Source of the DNA: an uncultured Pseudobdellovibrionaceae bacterium | GTDB taxonomy: Bacteria > Bdellovibrionota > Bdellovibrionia > Bdellovibrionales > UBA1609 | Assembly: GCA_963803705.1 (NCBI GenBank) | Contig: CAWDNU010000004.1 | Coordinates: 480,001-544,000, forward strand | DNA length: 64,000 bases | Direction of reading: 5' to 3' | Shown here: one piece after another, positions 61,438 through 64,000 of the stretch | Position numbering within the stretch: the stretch's first letter is position 1 | Layout: each line of letters opens with the position of its first letter | Translations under genes and position numbers: made by a program | Notes under the pieces: generated by a model | The model's input: only the letters and a program-made list of their open reading frames with translations | Told to the model about the DNA's origin: nothing | The model's database searches: none

Positions 61438-61893
61438 CTAGTAACGGCTAATTTTATCTGACATATTTTTCTTATATTTTTTACCTAAATCGATCTTCTC
61501 TTTCTCATTTAACTCCTTGCCTGCTATCTGAAAAAACTCATGCTCTTCTTCTTCCAAATGATGCTTAACCTTTTCGTCTAATTTTTTAGCGGCTGGTAAC
61601 CAGCTTCTGGATTTCTGATCAATTTTACCTAGTTCATCCAATAGATCGTCGATATCCTTATGTTCAGAAATACCATGCCTAGCCTTATCTTGTGTCAAGT
61701 CTGATTCTATAAGCCGATTATAGAAAAATCTTTCTTCATATTTAGCATGCTCGTCAAGTTCGAGCTTTAAATTCTGGAAAATTCTTATTCTATCTTCAGA
61801 ATTTGCGTCAGTTTCGACCAAGTTTTCTAAAAGTTTTCGTTGTACATCATGGTCGTCTCTTAGCCTGTCAAAAATTGTTTTGTCTTTGCTCAT
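61438..61893 (-). CDS. Hemerythrin/HHE cation-binding protein
   Basis: DH...HAKYEE...EH...HHLEEEE; start probably MSKDK. Confidence 0.85.
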   Translation of the reverse strand: MSKDKTIFDRLRDDHDVQRKLLENLVETDANSEDRIRIFQNLKLELDEHAKYEERFFYNRLIESDLTQDKARHGISEHKDIDDLLDELGKIDQKSRSWLPAAKKLDEKVKHHLEEEEHEFFQIAGKELNEKEKIDLGKKYKKNMSDKISRY

Positions 61894-62007
61894 TTTTTCT
61901 CCTTCCGGCCTGCAACCTAAGCTACGGCTCAAATTATTTAATTATTAAGCCTTGTAGTTCTGCAGAAAGTGCCATTGCGATTGATCTAAAAAAATAGACG
62001 AAATCTG

Positions 62008-62262
62008 TTAGTGCTTTCTATTTAGAAAAACTAGGTTAGAAATTAAGATTAACGCCGTTGCGCCCAAAATAACTGCAAGCAAACCCGCCGGCTCATTACC
62101 TTGATAATAGCCAGTTAATCTACCAGAAATCAAAGTCACAAGTGAACCGCATGCACCAACCAAAGCAGATATCCGTAGACCTAAAGTTTCGTTATTTGAA
62201 GCTACAAATTCATAAAGAAATCCAAGTAAACTACCTATCGAAATGGTATAAACCCATATCAC
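62008..62262 (-). CDS. GlsB/YeaQ/YmgE family stress membrane protein
   Basis: Three TM helices; GYYQGNEPAGLLAVILGA. Confidence 0.75.
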   Translation of the reverse strand: MIWVYTISIGSLLGFLYEFVASNNETLGLRISALVGACGSLVTLISGRLTGYYQGNEPAGLLAVILGATALILISNLVFLNRKH

Positions 62263-62672
62263 TGCAGGCCTTTGCTATCTACCATTTTCCGTTGTTCTTT
62301 AGCTAACTCATCTACCCAATGTCTTGTAAAAACTTCCAATGGATTCGAAACATTTTTAACTCTATTAATCACATTAAGCTTGTTGGTCATATAAGAGCGA
62401 ACTCGAATGACAAGGTATATACCCATTCCTAAAAAAAGAAAAGAAAAGACTAATACCAAGAAATATGGAAGGTCTTTAAAATAACGGTCGATAGTTAGAA
62501 TCAAAAAGATCAAGGAAGCCATAAAAACCAAAGGCGTATAGCTGATCAGCACCAAATTCACGATAAAATTTTTGAATTCAACAATAAATGTACTTTTGGC
62601 CTTAACCGCAACCTTACTAAAAATCGAAGAAATAAGTTTGGCTTTCAAATAACTCTTAAATATACCAAACAT
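62259..62672 (-). CDS. Two-TM membrane protein (in the YqjE-like position)
   Basis: Two TM helices; directly follows the DUF883 gene. Confidence 0.55.
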   Translation of the reverse strand: MFGIFKSYLKAKLISSIFSKVAVKAKSTFIVEFKNFIVNLVLISYTPLVFMASLIFLILTIDRYFKDLPYFLVLVFSFLFLGMGIYLVIRVRSYMTNKLNVINRVKNVSNPLEVFTRHWVDELAKEQRKMVDSKGLQ

Positions 62673-62714
62673 ACGATTTCTCCGATCATTAAAATTAAAT
62701 GCTAATACTTAATT

Positions 62715-63005
62715 TTACTCTTCATCCTTTCTGCTTGGTCTGCCTAAAATATAACCAGCAGCTAAACCGATCAGCGTAGCACCGACAGCTGAATGTAGCG
62801 GATACCTTTTAACGAAATCTACCGACTGAGTAGCAAACTTAGAACTTGCAGACTTAAGCTTTTCTGTCGCAAATTCCACTCTTTCTGTCAAATTCTCGAT
62901 CGTTTTTTCTGCCTCATTGATAAAGTAGTCAGCTTGTTTACCGGCATTGTTGATGTTCTCATTCACTGCATTTTTTACTGTTGATGTTTTCATTCTATCC
63001 TCCAT
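62715..63005 (-). CDS. DUF883 / ElaB-YqjD family tail-anchored protein
   Basis: FVKRYPLHSAVGATLIGLAAGYILGR. Confidence 0.85.
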   Translation of the reverse strand: MEDRMKTSTVKNAVNENINNAGKQADYFINEAEKTIENLTERVEFATEKLKSASSKFATQSVDFVKRYPLHSAVGATLIGLAAGYILGRPSRKDEE

Positions 63006-63044
63006 TAGATAGTTGTTAATTACTTCATTTATTAAAAATTTATG

Positions 63045-63542
63045 TTACTTACCTACCATAGCGTTCAATTGAAAGATATGTCTCTCTTGCCTAGGAACAA
63101 ATTCACTTGAAATCAAAGTTTTATCCAAGGCATTTAAACTACTGTCTAACAACATATCATTGTACTGTTGCAATCCATGTTCTTCTCCTTCAATCAATGC
63201 CTTTAAAGTGGCGGTATCACCTAAACTAGTGGCTGTCCCAATAACAGAGGTTACAAACGCTCCCCATATTCCAGAGCTATTATCTGGAGTTTCTAGAACT
63301 GCCATTATGTAATTTTTCAAACTGCTTACAGCTTTTCTATGTTCATTGAGAATACTTTTGATAACTGCGATTTCAGCATCGTCATTAAACTTTAGCTCAA
63401 CTTTCTCATAAGCTTCAACTGCTGAAATTTCACCCCTAAGCACCTTGTTAAACCAAGGTGTAGAATTTTCTATAATATCTTTATCTGGAGCTACGTCACT
63501 GGCGCTGCCTGTCTTGCTCTCCACAACTGATCTCCTCTGCAC
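63045..63542 (-). CDS. DUF2383 (PA2169-like) ferritin-like protein
   Basis: LRGEISAVEAY; SSGIWGAF; EGEEHGLQQY. Confidence 0.85.
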   Translation of the reverse strand: MQRRSVVESKTGSASDVAPDKDIIENSTPWFNKVLRGEISAVEAYEKVELKFNDDAEIAVIKSILNEHRKAVSSLKNYIMAVLETPDNSSGIWGAFVTSVIGTATSLGDTATLKALIEGEEHGLQQYNDMLLDSSLNALDKTLISSEFVPRQERHIFQLNAMVGK

Positions 63543-63584
63543 TTAAAAATTATTTCAAAATCTCGAATTAGCTTGGTAGTAAAA

Positions 63585-63752
63585 CTACTTTCTGGACCTT
63601 ATGCCACCAAAAATAAGTGATACTACAAATAATACTAGAAAAATTAGAAATAAAATCTTTGCGATCCCAACAGAAGCACCAGCAATTCCACCGAAACCTA
63701 AAACTCCCGCTATAAGTGCTATAACAAAAAATGTAACTGCCCAGCTTAACAT
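63585..63752 (-). CDS. DUF1328 (UPF0391, YtjA-like) small membrane protein (absent from the ORF track)
   Basis: [64 protein letters not shown]. Confidence 0.92.
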   Translation of the reverse strand: MLSWAVTFFVIALIAGVLGFGGIAGASVGIAKILFLIFLVLFVVSLIFGGIRSRK

Positions 63753-64000
63753 AATCTTCTCCCTGTAGTTTTTTTTTTGACCACACCAACAATGATGCTA
63801 TATAAGTAATTTATGATCTGATCAAATAATAATTTTAATTGTTAAATCTGATCTAGTGTAAGCAAATAAAAGATAATTTAGATCCCCAAAATATGAACTA
63901 ATTTGTAAATATGTACACAATTAAAAAGTGTTTAGACAGTAATTGCATGCAATTGTACGATGTCATGAACTTTACGCAATGATGATATTTTTGTGTCTAC

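Noticed and set aside
1235..61997. Numerous short ORFs overlapping longer genes (e.g. 1235-1477, 7145-7447, 25465-25767, 26346-26666, 36667-36975, 40360-40650)
   Set aside because: Antisense or alternate-frame shadows of well-supported genes
63568..63792. 74-aa ORF in the track
   Set aside because: Wrong frame; the real gene is DUF1328 at 63585-63752

Overview
AT-rich bacterial chromosomal segment, most likely from a Bdellovibrionota predator. This is an inference from a RomR-type regulator, an orphan Flp pilin, a vWA lipoprotein, a TPR-Slt and many small secreted orphan proteins. Core genes include lnt, mutS2, oppABC, glpK, def-fmt-rpe, lptG, nadC, birA, acs and hutU/hutI/hutH; hutH is broken by a tight cluster of indels. 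Accessory content: a TtpC-type TonB operon with a hairpin tandem repeat, a patch of secreted orphans with a 125-bp MITE and a shared upstream motif, and a general-stress cluster (DUF1328, DUF2383, DUF883, GlsB, hemerythrin, Crp, Hpt, response regulator). The most interesting candidate system is at 41129-44352: a DUF2946/CruR-like membrane leader ending in RGPP (ribosome-arrest motif) heads a four-gene Cys/Met/His-rich envelope operon, probably for copper handling. Also notable are two very long, near-perfect hairpins (57-bp and 94-bp perfect stems) whose outer arm begins at a gene's stop codon. No rRNA, tRNA, CRISPR array, integrase or transposase was seen. All calls come from reading the sequence by eye; no database searches were run.
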